DNA of 64,000 nucleotides from Candidatus Eiseniibacteriota bacterium (GTDB lineage Bacteria; Eisenbacteria; RBG-16-71-46; CAVPCR01): NCBI GenBank assembly GCA_963702435.1, contig CAVPCR010000004.1, positions 288,001 to 352,000 of the forward strand, read 5' to 3'. Shown piece by piece: positions 33,731 to 44,868 of this stretch (position 1 is its first letter; each line of letters starts with the position of its first letter). The notes under the pieces were generated by a model. It saw only the letters and a program-made list of their open reading frames with translations, ran no database searches and was not told where the DNA came from. The position numbers and the translations under genes were made by a program.

Positions 33731-33732
33731 TC

Positions 33733-35121
33733 ATGCGGGGGAAGGCGCGCGGCCTGATCCGCGGGGGTTTTCTCTTCGCGCTCGTGATCGCCGGTTGCAC
33801 GGGTCGGCCGCCGGGAGCGGAGTTCGTACGCCGCACCGAGTGGATCGGGAAGGGCACCTGGCTCGAGGCCGATCTGCACATGCACAGCCGGTTCTCGGAC
33901 GGCCGCCACGAGCCCGCCCTCCTGGTGCAGAAGGCCAGGGAACACGGCTGCGGCGCGATTGCCATCACCGACCACAGCGATCGCGATCTGGAGGGAGCGT
34001 CCGACGGCTATTTCGCCGCGACTGCGGCGGCGCGCCGCGAGAATCCGGACCTCGTCATCCTCGACGGCCTCGAGTGGAACGCGCCGCCCGGGGCCGGTGA
34101 CGATCACGTGAACGTGCTGGTCCCGCCGGGACCCGACGGCGTGCGAGTCCTCAAGGAAATCAAGGCCCGCTTCGACGATCTGGGGCGGGACAGCCATGAC
34201 GAGAAGCTGGCGCACGAAGCGCTGCAATGGCTCGACGACCAGAGCGCCGCGTGGGCGGTGCCGCCGGCCGTCATCTTCAACCATCCCAGCCGCAAGGTGG
34301 CGCGCAGCCTCGATCAGCTCGACAAGCTCAGGCGTTTCCGCGAGGTGACGCCGCACCTGATCGGCATCGAGGGCGCGCCGGGGCACCAGGGCGCGACCCC
34401 GCTCGGGTCCTATCCCGGACCGGAGGCGGTGGTCGATCGCTGGGACCCGGCCGCGGCGCGGGTCGGGGACGTCTGGGACCGGTTGCTCGCCTCCGGGGAG
34501 GACTGGTGGGGCGCGCTCGCCTTCTCGGACTTCCACGAGGAGCGGGCCGACGGGCTCTCCGATCACTGGCCGGGCCAGTTCGCGGAGACCTGGCTCTACG
34601 TTCCGGAGCGCACGGCGGAAGGCGTGCTCAGGGCTCTGCGCGCGGGGTCGTTCTTCGCCGGCCACGGCGCGATCGTGCGTGAGGTTGCGTTCGAGGTCGA
34701 GGCGGCCGGGCTCCCGCGTCCGGCCTGGGCGGGGGAGGCGATCCGGGTGCCGGCGTCGGCGGAGATCACGGTACGGGTCGCGATGAGCGTTCCGGAGCGG
34801 GACTGGTCCGGGGCGCCGAACCGGATCGATCGCATCGAGCTGATCGCGGTGGATGCCGCGGGGGCCCGGGTCATCGCCGCGCGGGCTCCGGACGTGGCCG
34901 GGAGCGCCAGGACGGCCGGGGAAGCGGGGGCGGCCGGGAGCGCGAAGGTGGCCGGGAGCGCCGGCACCATGGCGGCGGGCGCGACCGCTGTGCTGGAGGA
35001 ATCGCTCCGCGTCCCGCCGGGAGGCGTCGTCCTCCGCGCGCGCGGCCGGCGTCAGGTGGCCGGGGGGCCGGCCCTCTGCTTCTACACGAACGCGATCCGG
35101 GTCATCGCGCGCGGCGGCTGA
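33733..35121 (+). CDS. PHP-domain metallohydrolase, probable lipoprotein
   Basis: Lipobox IAGC; DLHMHSRFSDG, AITDH, GLEW, NHP, SDFH. Confidence 0.8.
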   Translation: MRGKARGLIRGGFLFALVIAGCTGRPPGAEFVRRTEWIGKGTWLEADLHMHSRFSDGRHEPALLVQKAREHGCGAIAITDHSDRDLEGASDGYFAATAAARRENPDLVILDGLEWNAPPGAGDDHVNVLVPPGPDGVRVLKEIKARFDDLGRDSHDEKLAHEALQWLDDQSAAWAVPPAVIFNHPSRKVARSLDQLDKLRRFREVTPHLIGIEGAPGHQGATPLGSYPGPEAVVDRWDPAAARVGDVWDRLLASGEDWWGALAFSDFHEERADGLSDHWPGQFAETWLYVPERTAEGVLRALRAGSFFAGHGAIVREVAFEVEAAGLPRPAWAGEAIRVPASAEITVRVAMSVPERDWSGAPNRIDRIELIAVDAAGARVIAARAPDVAGSARTAGEAGAAGSAKVAGSAGTMAAGATAVLEESLRVPPGGVVLRARGRRQVAGGPALCFYTNAIRVIARGG

Positions 35122-35156
35122 GAACGCCGCCGCCGGAGCCCGCGGGCCAAGCGGGA

Positions 35157-35594
35157 CTAGGCGCCGTCGCGGCTCACGATGGCGGCGGTGGCGGTCAGCT
35201 CCTCGAGCAGGGCGAAGGCGCTCTGCCCGCTCATCGAGAACGGATCGAGCACCGCGTTCTCCGAGAAGCGCAGGATGCTGCCCAGGTTGACCCGATTCAG
35301 GTTCACGTTGCCCATGCGCCAGCTCGCGAAGCGACGCTCGGTGATCTCGGCGTAGTCGAGCAGCGTGATGTCGCGGTGGCGCGGATCGCGGACGATGCTG
35401 CTGTAGAGCGTGTTCACCGCGGTGCGGCTGCCCTCGAGCAACTGGAGGAACACCTTGGTGTGGGTATCCGTGCAGAGGATGCCCGTGATCCCGTGCTCGG
35501 CGTTGTACTTCTGAGAGCGCTCGACGATCGAGGCGATGAGCGCGTCGTCGACCTCGCCGCTGGCGCGGCTCGCGTAGAGAAGGCGTACCAGCAT
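35157..35594 (-). CDS. Standalone BLUF blue-light photoreceptor
   Basis: LLYAS (Tyr), NAEHGITGIL, FLQLLEG (Gln), DPRH, RRFASWRM (Trp/Met). Confidence 0.93.
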   Translation of the reverse strand: MLVRLLYASRASGEVDDALIASIVERSQKYNAEHGITGILCTDTHTKVFLQLLEGSRTAVNTLYSSIVRDPRHRDITLLDYAEITERRFASWRMGNVNLNRVNLGSILRFSENAVLDPFSMSGQSAFALLEELTATAAIVSRDGA

Positions 35595-35608
35595 GTCGTT
35601 TCGTCCTG

Positions 35609-36358
35609 TTACTTCTGATCCTGGAGCAGGGAGAGGAACTCCCGGCGCAGGTCAGGGTTCTTGAGGAATGAGCCGCGCATGATGCTGTTGGTCATCTTCG
35701 AGTTCATGTCCTTGACGCCGCGCCACTGCATGCAGTAGTGATCTGCCTCCATCACGATGGCAAGACCGTCCGGCTGCATCTTGTCCTGGAGCAGCTCGGC
35801 GAGCTGGGTCACCGCCTCTTCCTGGATCTGCGGCCGCGTCATCACCCACTCCACCAGCCGGGCGTACTTCGAGAGGCCGATCAGGGCGGAGAACTCGTTC
35901 GGCATCACGCCCACCCAGACCCGGCCGATGATCGGGCAGAGGTGGTGCGAGCAGGCGCTCCGCACGGTGACCGGGCCCACGATCATGAGCTCGTTCAGGC
36001 GCTTGACGTTGGGAAACTCGGTCACCGGGGGTTGCGCCACGTAGCGGCCGGCGAAGACCTCCATCAGGTACATCTTGGCCACGCGCCGGGCCGTGTCCTG
36101 CGAGTTGTGGTCGTTCTCGGTGTCGATCACCAGCGCGCGCAGCACGTCTTCGACCTTGCCCGCGACCTCGAGCCGCAACTGCTCGAGCTCCCCTTCCTGC
36201 AGATAGGCGGCGATGTTGTCGTTGGCGTGGAAGCGGCCGCCCGCCTTGCGGATCCGCTCGCGGATGCGCTCGGCGACCGGTGTGGATCCGGAACCGCTCC
36301 CGCTCCCGGCTTCCGCCGGCTTCGCTCTCGTGCCGTGCTCGATCGTCATGGACATCAT
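35609..36358 (-). CDS. folE: GTP cyclohydrolase I
   Basis: TARRVAKMY, SACSHHLCP, IGLSK, RPQIQE, HYCMQWRGV. Confidence 0.95.
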   Translation of the reverse strand: MMSMTIEHGTRAKPAEAGSGSGSGSTPVAERIRERIRKAGGRFHANDNIAAYLQEGELEQLRLEVAGKVEDVLRALVIDTENDHNSQDTARRVAKMYLMEVFAGRYVAQPPVTEFPNVKRLNELMIVGPVTVRSACSHHLCPIIGRVWVGVMPNEFSALIGLSKYARLVEWVMTRPQIQEEAVTQLAELLQDKMQPDGLAIVMEADHYCMQWRGVKDMNSKMTNSIMRGSFLKNPDLRREFLSLLQDQK

Positions 36359-36427
36359 CTCCTCGACCGGAGGCTAGCACAATTCCGTTGCGCAGGCCCG
36401 GAGCCGGTTGTCTTCGCGCGGCGCGCT

Positions 36428-36529
36428 CTACGGAAGCCTGGTCACGCGCAGGGTGCGATCGCCGGGCAGGCGGATGAAGTAGGTGCCCGGGGCGACCACG
36501 AGTCCGCGTTCCAGGGCGCGAGTCCGTTC
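36428..36529 (-). pseudogene. Orphan fragment resembling the end of a FlgD-Ig/C-terminal sorting domain
   Basis: Reads ERTRALERGLVVAPGTYFIRLPGDRTLRVTRLP*, bounded upstream by an in-frame TGA (36530-32); resembles the GxYFxRL tails of three secreted proteins in the window. Confidence 0.45.
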
Positions 36530-36579
36530 TCAATGCTGCGCGCGCCTGAGCGCGCGCGGGTGCGCGCTCGCGCGCCTCC

Positions 36580-38784
<2,205 letters not shown>

Positions 38785-39154
38785 AAGACTCCTCCGCCAA
38801 TTGCGCTCGGGGTACAAATAGACACCGAAACATGTCTCACCGGGAGACTTGGGTGACAGATTCTTTATCGGCCCGCACTGGCCGTCAATGCGGAAAAAAG
38901 GCGGCGATCCGGACCTTGGAACGCCCGGAGGCCGGGCCGGGGACGTTCCTGACCGGCGATGCGGCCGGATCGCCGGACGGCGTGACCGACCGGGAGGGCG
39001 AGGCGCGCCGGCCGGGCTCCATCTCAGGTGGTTTGACGATGTGCCACTGAGTTACCCTTTCACATCGCTCGAGAGTCCGCGGGTCCCGGCCGAGTCGAGG
39101 CCCGCCGCACCGGGGCCGGGCGGTCCTGTCCGCCGTCGCCACGAGGAGATCTCG

Positions 39155-39823
39155 TTGAGTCGATTGCGACGCCTGGCCGTGCCGATCAAGCCCGCCTTCA
39201 ACGCGGCGCTCCGCGCCTATCTCCGCCGCGTCCGGCCGGCGTTCGATCTCGGCGGGCGCCGCTACGACTACTTCTGGCACGACTACAACATGACCTGGCG
39301 GAACGAACGCTGCGTCGAGGTGTCGCTGGCGCGAGCGCTGCTCGCGGAGTTCACCGGTGCGCGCGTGCTCGAAGTCGGGAATGTCCTGTCCCACTACTTC
39401 CCGGTCTCTCATGATGTCGTGGACAAGTACGAGCGGGCCCTGGGCGTGCGGAACGAGGATGTCGTGGACTTCGCTCCCCTGCAACGCTACGACTGCATCG
39501 TGAGTCTTTCCACTCTCGAGCATGTGGGCTGGGACGAGAGCCCGCGCGAGCCGGGAAAGGCGTCACGCGCCCTGTCTCACCTCGCGGAGCGATGTCTCGC
39601 GCCGGGCGGCAGCATGCTCGTGACCTTCCCGGTGGGACACAACCGGGACCTCGACCAGGCCTTCGCCGCCGACCGCCTGCCGTTCACGCGGTCGCATTGC
39701 ATGAAGCGTGAGGGTCGCTTCGCGCACTGGCGCGAGGCGGCCTGGGCGGAGATCCGGGATGCCGCCTACGGGCATCCGCATCCGTTCGCCAACGGGCTCG
39801 TCATCGGGATGATCCGGGGATGA
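39155..39823 (+). CDS. SAM-methyltransferase-like hypothetical protein
   Basis: GAGGAG RBS and TTG 39155; NERCVE, VLEVGN, VDKYE, SLSTLEHVG, LAPGG. Confidence 0.7.
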   Translation: MSRLRRLAVPIKPAFNAALRAYLRRVRPAFDLGGRRYDYFWHDYNMTWRNERCVEVSLARALLAEFTGARVLEVGNVLSHYFPVSHDVVDKYERALGVRNEDVVDFAPLQRYDCIVSLSTLEHVGWDESPREPGKASRALSHLAERCLAPGGSMLVTFPVGHNRDLDQAFAADRLPFTRSHCMKREGRFAHWREAAWAEIRDAAYGHPHPFANGLVIGMIRG

Positions 39824-39946
39824 CGCGGCGGCACGCGACGGCGGGGGGGCCGTGGCGGTGATGGAAGCAATGCGCGGGGCGGTCCCGCCCGACCGCCCCG
39901 CGCCGCGCAGGACGAGCGCGGCCGGCTCGTTCCCGCAACTGCCGAG

Positions 39947-42556
39947 TCACCTCGTGATGTGGACAGTCACGAGATCCGAGTCGATCGCGATGCCGCCGGC
40001 GCTCACGACCGAGATGTGAAAGGCGCCGCTGCCCGGGAGGCGGATTCCCGCCGGGCCGCCGAGAGTGACCCGGAAGGTGGTGGTGGCGCCGGGAGCGAGG
40101 GTCTGCGTCGCGCGGACGGATGGGCCCGTCGCGCTCACCGCGGCGCTCACCTCGTGCCAGGTCGAGTCGATGATGCGGATGACGACGTTCGCGGGGCCCA
40201 CGGCGAGCTGCGCGGGCACGGTGACCGCCGCCGCCGAGACGTTCGTGAGCGTGATCGTGAGGGTGATCGGCTCGCCGGCGCGGGCGTGGGTGCAATCCGC
40301 CGCGATCGCGGCGCCGAGCGGGCGGCCGGCGGTGGCCGGCGCTACGGGCGGCGGCGCCGGTTGCTCCGGCACCCGAGCCTCGTCGCGCTGGCTGCTCGCC
40401 AGGGGGCTGCCCATGAGAAGGCCGCCCGCGAGAAGCTCGAGGGCTCCGCGCCCGCCGCGCGTGTGGGACTGAGACGTCGGGGCTCCGGGCGCCCCGCCGG
40501 AGTTGCAGACCTGCATCTTGCCGCAGGAGGTCGCCATGGCGCCAGCTTCTCCGAACACTCCCTCGTAGCTCACGCCTTCGGGCATCTCGACCGGCACGAC
40601 GACCTTGCGCGGCACGCCGCCGGCTACCTCGATCCGCTCCTCGACCGCCACGAAGGAGGTGTACGCGCTCACCAGCCGATGAGCGAGCGCCACGTCGGTC
40701 ACCTCGCGCACGATCTCCGGCTTCTCGCCGCCGTACTGCCGGGCCATCAGGTCCTCGATGCGAGTCCTGGCCCACAGGGAGGCGAGCGCGGCGCTCTTCG
40801 CCCCGGTGCGCGCCGGGAGCTCGATCGCGAAGGTCCTGGACCAGGGCCGGCCGCCGAGCCTGCCGCTCAGGGTTACGTCGGCCCGCCCCGGCTTCGAGTA
40901 GCGCCCGACGAGGGTCACGGTCTGGCCGGCGAAGAGATCCGGAATGCGCTCGGGATAGACCGCCGAGACCTCGAGCTTCTCGGCGCCCGAGAACGCGAGA
41001 TCGGTGAGGACCGGGTTCCTGACGCGATCGTAGAAGCGCACCACCGCGCCCTGCGTGTCCTCGGAGAGGAGCACGTAGTCCACCGCGCCGCGTCCGACCT
41101 CGGCCATGCGGTCGAGCAGGTAGCGGTTGACGGCGGTCCCGACGCCGAACGAGAAGAGGCGGGCGCCGCCGAGACGTTCATCGATCGCGGCGAGGATCTC
41201 CGCCTCGTTCCCGATGTAGCCGTCGGTCATGAAGCAGACGATGCGGACCCGCTGCGGATCGGGCGGGTAATCGAGCGCCGCCTTGATCCCCTCGATCATC
41301 ATCGTCCCGCCCTCGCCCTCGAGCCGATCGATGAAGCGGAGGCCCTCCCGCACGTTCGCGGGCGTGGCCGCGAGCGGGCGCGGGCCGAGGCCCGACGCGC
41401 TCTCCGAGAAGCGGATGATCTGGAACGAATCGCGCGGGTCGAGGTGCTTGAGCGCGTGCCGCATCGCCTGCTTCACCTTGGCGATCGGCTCGCCCGACAT
41501 CGACCCCGAGCAGTCGACGACGAAGACCATCTCCTTCGGCATCACGTCGCGGGCGGCCGGCATGGCGGGCGGCACGATGAGCGCGAGGAAGGTGCCGTCT
41601 CCGTTCTCGCGATGCGCGAGCACGGTCAGCTCCGGCTCCTGCCCGGTGAGGCGATAGCGGACGACGAGATCCTTGTTGGGGATCGTGTCGGCGGGATGCA
41701 GCGTGACGACGGCGCGCTCGAGGCGCGGCCGCGCGATGTCCACTGCGTGGGACGGGCTCGTGAGCTCCCGGATGGGAAGGCCGGCGTCGAGCGTCAGGGT
41801 GACGGCAATGTCGTGGCCGGAGCGCTCGCCGGGCCGGAGCACGGGCGGCGTGATGCGCGAGGCGTCGGGGACGAGATCGGTGTCGGGCGACCAGCCCGGG
41901 CCGCCCGCGGGAGCGCCGAGCGGCAGCGGCTCGCGCGAGGCGAGCGGCGGGCCGACGGGCGCGCCCGGGATGAAACGCGGGCCGACCACCATCGGGAACA
42001 CGAAGCTGTAGGCGCCGTTCTCGGGAGCGAGCGTTTCCACGTAGCGGACGGTCACTTCGATCTTGTTCCCGGGGAGGATGTTGGCGACCGATTGCGTGAA
42101 GATGTTCGGCCGCTCCTGGTCGAGGAGGGCGGCGACATGCCCGCGGTTCTTCGCGTCCTCGTAGGTCCGGCGGGCCTCGGCGCGGGTCTTGATCAGGGCG
42201 CGGGTCGTGCGGTCGCCGACCTTCATCTCCATGTCGTCCACGGCGGCGCGATCGGGGAGCGGGAAGATGTAGATCGCCTCGATCTTGTCGGCATACGGGT
42301 TCGTGAAGACCTGGGTCACGCTCACGCGCGAGACGATGCCGTCGATGCGGGCGTCCACCGCGGTGTGCGCGAGCGGGAAAGCCTGCCCGGCGTGCTCGCC
42401 GTCCCGGACCACGAGCTCGCCCTGGCCGGTATCGCCGGGGGCGGGTCTCTCCTGGGCGCGGGCGGCCAGGGCGAAGGTCGAACCGGCGATCGCGGCAGCG
42501 GCGAAGAGAAGCAGCGCGGCTAGGGGCCGGACGGGGTGATGGGTCGAATGTCTCAT
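39947..42556 (-). CDS. Secreted VIT + von Willebrand A domain protein
   Basis: Signal peptide; FTNPY...EAIYIFPLP, NIFTQSVANI; MIDAS DCSGS, GGT, TDG; LVSAYTSFVAV. Confidence 0.9.
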   Translation of the reverse strand: MRHSTHHPVRPLAALLLFAAAAIAGSTFALAARAQERPAPGDTGQGELVVRDGEHAGQAFPLAHTAVDARIDGIVSRVSVTQVFTNPYADKIEAIYIFPLPDRAAVDDMEMKVGDRTTRALIKTRAEARRTYEDAKNRGHVAALLDQERPNIFTQSVANILPGNKIEVTVRYVETLAPENGAYSFVFPMVVGPRFIPGAPVGPPLASREPLPLGAPAGGPGWSPDTDLVPDASRITPPVLRPGERSGHDIAVTLTLDAGLPIRELTSPSHAVDIARPRLERAVVTLHPADTIPNKDLVVRYRLTGQEPELTVLAHRENGDGTFLALIVPPAMPAARDVMPKEMVFVVDCSGSMSGEPIAKVKQAMRHALKHLDPRDSFQIIRFSESASGLGPRPLAATPANVREGLRFIDRLEGEGGTMMIEGIKAALDYPPDPQRVRIVCFMTDGYIGNEAEILAAIDERLGGARLFSFGVGTAVNRYLLDRMAEVGRGAVDYVLLSEDTQGAVVRFYDRVRNPVLTDLAFSGAEKLEVSAVYPERIPDLFAGQTVTLVGRYSKPGRADVTLSGRLGGRPWSRTFAIELPARTGAKSAALASLWARTRIEDLMARQYGGEKPEIVREVTDVALAHRLVSAYTSFVAVEERIEVAGGVPRKVVVPVEMPEGVSYEGVFGEAGAMATSCGKMQVCNSGGAPGAPTSQSHTRGGRGALELLAGGLLMGSPLASSQRDEARVPEQPAPPPVAPATAGRPLGAAIAADCTHARAGEPITLTITLTNVSAAAVTVPAQLAVGPANVVIRIIDSTWHEVSAAVSATGPSVRATQTLAPGATTTFRVTLGGPAGIRLPGSGAFHISVVSAGGIAIDSDLVTVHITR

Positions 42557-42738
42557 GGCGGAAACCTCGCTCCTGGGGGAGATGGCTCTGGACTTGCGGT
42601 CTCGGACGTCCGCCATCTCGTACGCGGGAGGAGGCGATGTATTCCCGGGGGCACCCTGTCGCGCGGCCCCGCCGCGGGGCGGCGGGATGCTAAGCTCTGA
42701 CACCTCCCTCCACCGTGCCGAGGTATCCGTCTGTGTCC

Positions 42739-44868
42739 ATGCGCTCTCTCATCCCGGTCCCGATTCTCCGGATCCTGATCGCGGCGGGGCTCGCCGCCGC
42801 CGGTCTGGCGCTCACGGGCGCGCCGGCCGACGCCCCTGCCGCCGCCGCGCCGGCCCCGGCCGCCCCTGCCGCCGCCGCGCCGGCCCCGGCCGCCACGGCC
42901 GCCCCAGCGCCGGCCGCAGCGTCCGTCTCGGCGCCGGATCCCGGCCGTTTCTTCCGCCTCGCCTACTGCGGTCCCGCCCGCGAGAACGATCCCGCGAGCC
43001 CGCTGGCGACCTTCCCGTGGGAGGAGGCGGCGCGCGGTTTCGGGATGACCATCGTGCAGAGCACGGCGAACGATTACCGCCGCTTCGTGCCGAGCCTCGT
43101 CCGCCGGAACCCGGCGCATCGCGTGCTCTACTACGTTCACGCGCACGGGCTCTATCCGGCCGAGGACCGCGCCGGGGTCGCCAACATGACCGAATCGAAC
43201 TACGTGCATGCGACCGACCCCGCCTCGCTCCGCGTGATCCCGACCGCAGATGGGCTCCTCGTCGACTGGGAACGCGACGAGCGGCTCTTCTACGACGAGA
43301 CGGACGCGATCAGCGAGCTCCGCGACTTCGACGTGCACGGCTACATCGTCTATCGCGCTGCGGGGGACGGCGAGTTCGCACGCATCTGGCCGGCGGTGCC
43401 GCCGGTGGCCGGATCCGGAGCGAGCGCCGATTCGGCGGCGGCCCCGCCGGTGGGAGTGACCCAGCATCTGGATCGCGATGTCGTCCCGGGGACGCGCTAT
43501 CGCTACCTGGTCAGGACGATCGGCCCCGTCTATCACGAGTACGACTTCTCGTGGGTAGAGGGAGCAATCGCCGGGTCCCCGCCCGCGGCGCCGTTCGCCC
43601 ACGAGCATCAGTTCGCGCTCCAGGCCAAGGTCGACTCTGCGCTCTATACCGGGCGCTTCCGGATCCGGGTCGAGACTCCGGGGACGCAGGCCGTTCTCCG
43701 CATCGACATGAATGCCGACCGCGACTACGACGACCCCGGCGAGTCCTTCCCGATGAAGCCGGCGGCCGAGAACTTCGTCGAGGCGATCGTGCCCCTCGAT
43801 CCGCGCGCGCACACCGACTACGAGCTGATGACCGTCTTCGGTTTCGCCTACCGGATCGAGCTCGCGGGCCCCGCCGGCCGGCTCGTGCTGCCGGCCGCCG
43901 GCGCCTACACGACGAGCGTCAACAATCGGGTCCGCTCCGCGTACTACGGCTTCTACCTGATGCACATGAACACGCCGGCATGGCTCGATCGGATCCGGCA
44001 GGAGGTCGACCTCAACGCGCGGCGGGGCGGCATGGTGGGAGGCGTCTTCCTCGACGAGCTGGTGTTCGATCCGGGGATGGGCGTGGACGCGATGCCCGTG
44101 GATCTCGATCAGGACGCGGTGGTGCGGGCAGCCGCGGAGCTCGTGCGGGCGCTCCGCAACGCGCGCCCCGACCTCGCGATCTACATGAACGGAATGGGTG
44201 GATTCACGCCCGCGCTCATCGCGGCGGGGAAGGGCATCGCCACCGGGAGCGATGCGGCAGCGCTCGCCCCGGGCGCGCTCGCCGTCCTCGACACGCTCGC
44301 CGCTTCGGGCCTCGCCGGGGGCATGATCGAGGGCTTCGCGCTTGCGCCCTGGAATCGCGTCCGCGGCGGCGAGCCCGGATTCCCGTCGCCGGGCGAGTGG
44401 CTGGCGCAGCAGGTCATCGCACGGGAGGTGGCGGCGCGCGGACTCGAGGTGCTCTGCCTGGCGCGTCCGCCCGCGGCAGCCGGCGAGAGGGGCCGGCTCT
44501 TCGCGTTCGCGTCGTACCTCGTAGCGAGCGGCACCGCGACCCGTTTCGGTTACATGGCCGATCGCTGCCGCGCCGTGCCTCTCCCCGAGTGGGGCGTGGA
44601 TCTCGGCGCGCCTGGCGCGTTGCTTGCCGCGGGCGACGGGAAGGCCTACGGTCGCGCCTTCGAGCGCGGCGAGGTGTGGGTGAATCCGGAGCCCACGGCG
44701 CGCGTTTCGCTCGGCGCGCGGCCCGGCATGCGGCGACTCGCGCTCGCCGCCGCCGACACGACCGCCGCCGGGCGCGTCGGATGGGAGCCGGTGACGGGAT
44801 CGGTCGAGCTCGGCCCGCATTCGGCCGTGATCCTGGCCCGGGACGCGAACGAGGGAGCTGAACCTTGA
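42739..44868 (+). CDS. Secreted hypothetical protein, putative TIM-barrel glycoside hydrolase with an inserted FN3/Ig-like segment
   Basis: Signal peptide, Ala/Pro linker, GVFLDE, IYMNG, GMIEGF, FAFASYL, RAFERGEVWVNP. Confidence 0.6.
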   Translation: MRSLIPVPILRILIAAGLAAAGLALTGAPADAPAAAAPAPAAPAAAAPAPAATAAPAPAAASVSAPDPGRFFRLAYCGPARENDPASPLATFPWEEAARGFGMTIVQSTANDYRRFVPSLVRRNPAHRVLYYVHAHGLYPAEDRAGVANMTESNYVHATDPASLRVIPTADGLLVDWERDERLFYDETDAISELRDFDVHGYIVYRAAGDGEFARIWPAVPPVAGSGASADSAAAPPVGVTQHLDRDVVPGTRYRYLVRTIGPVYHEYDFSWVEGAIAGSPPAAPFAHEHQFALQAKVDSALYTGRFRIRVETPGTQAVLRIDMNADRDYDDPGESFPMKPAAENFVEAIVPLDPRAHTDYELMTVFGFAYRIELAGPAGRLVLPAAGAYTTSVNNRVRSAYYGFYLMHMNTPAWLDRIRQEVDLNARRGGMVGGVFLDELVFDPGMGVDAMPVDLDQDAVVRAAAELVRALRNARPDLAIYMNGMGGFTPALIAAGKGIATGSDAAALAPGALAVLDTLAASGLAGGMIEGFALAPWNRVRGGEPGFPSPGEWLAQQVIAREVAARGLEVLCLARPPAAAGERGRLFAFASYLVASGTATRFGYMADRCRAVPLPEWGVDLGAPGALLAAGDGKAYGRAFERGEVWVNPEPTARVSLGARPGMRRLALAAADTTAAGRVGWEPVTGSVELGPHSAVILARDANEGAEP
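42831..42890 (+). repeat. Perfect 30-bp in-frame tandem duplication (APAAAAPAPA linker)
   Basis: CGCCCCTGCCGCCGCCGCGCCGGCCCCGGC x2. Confidence 0.9.
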
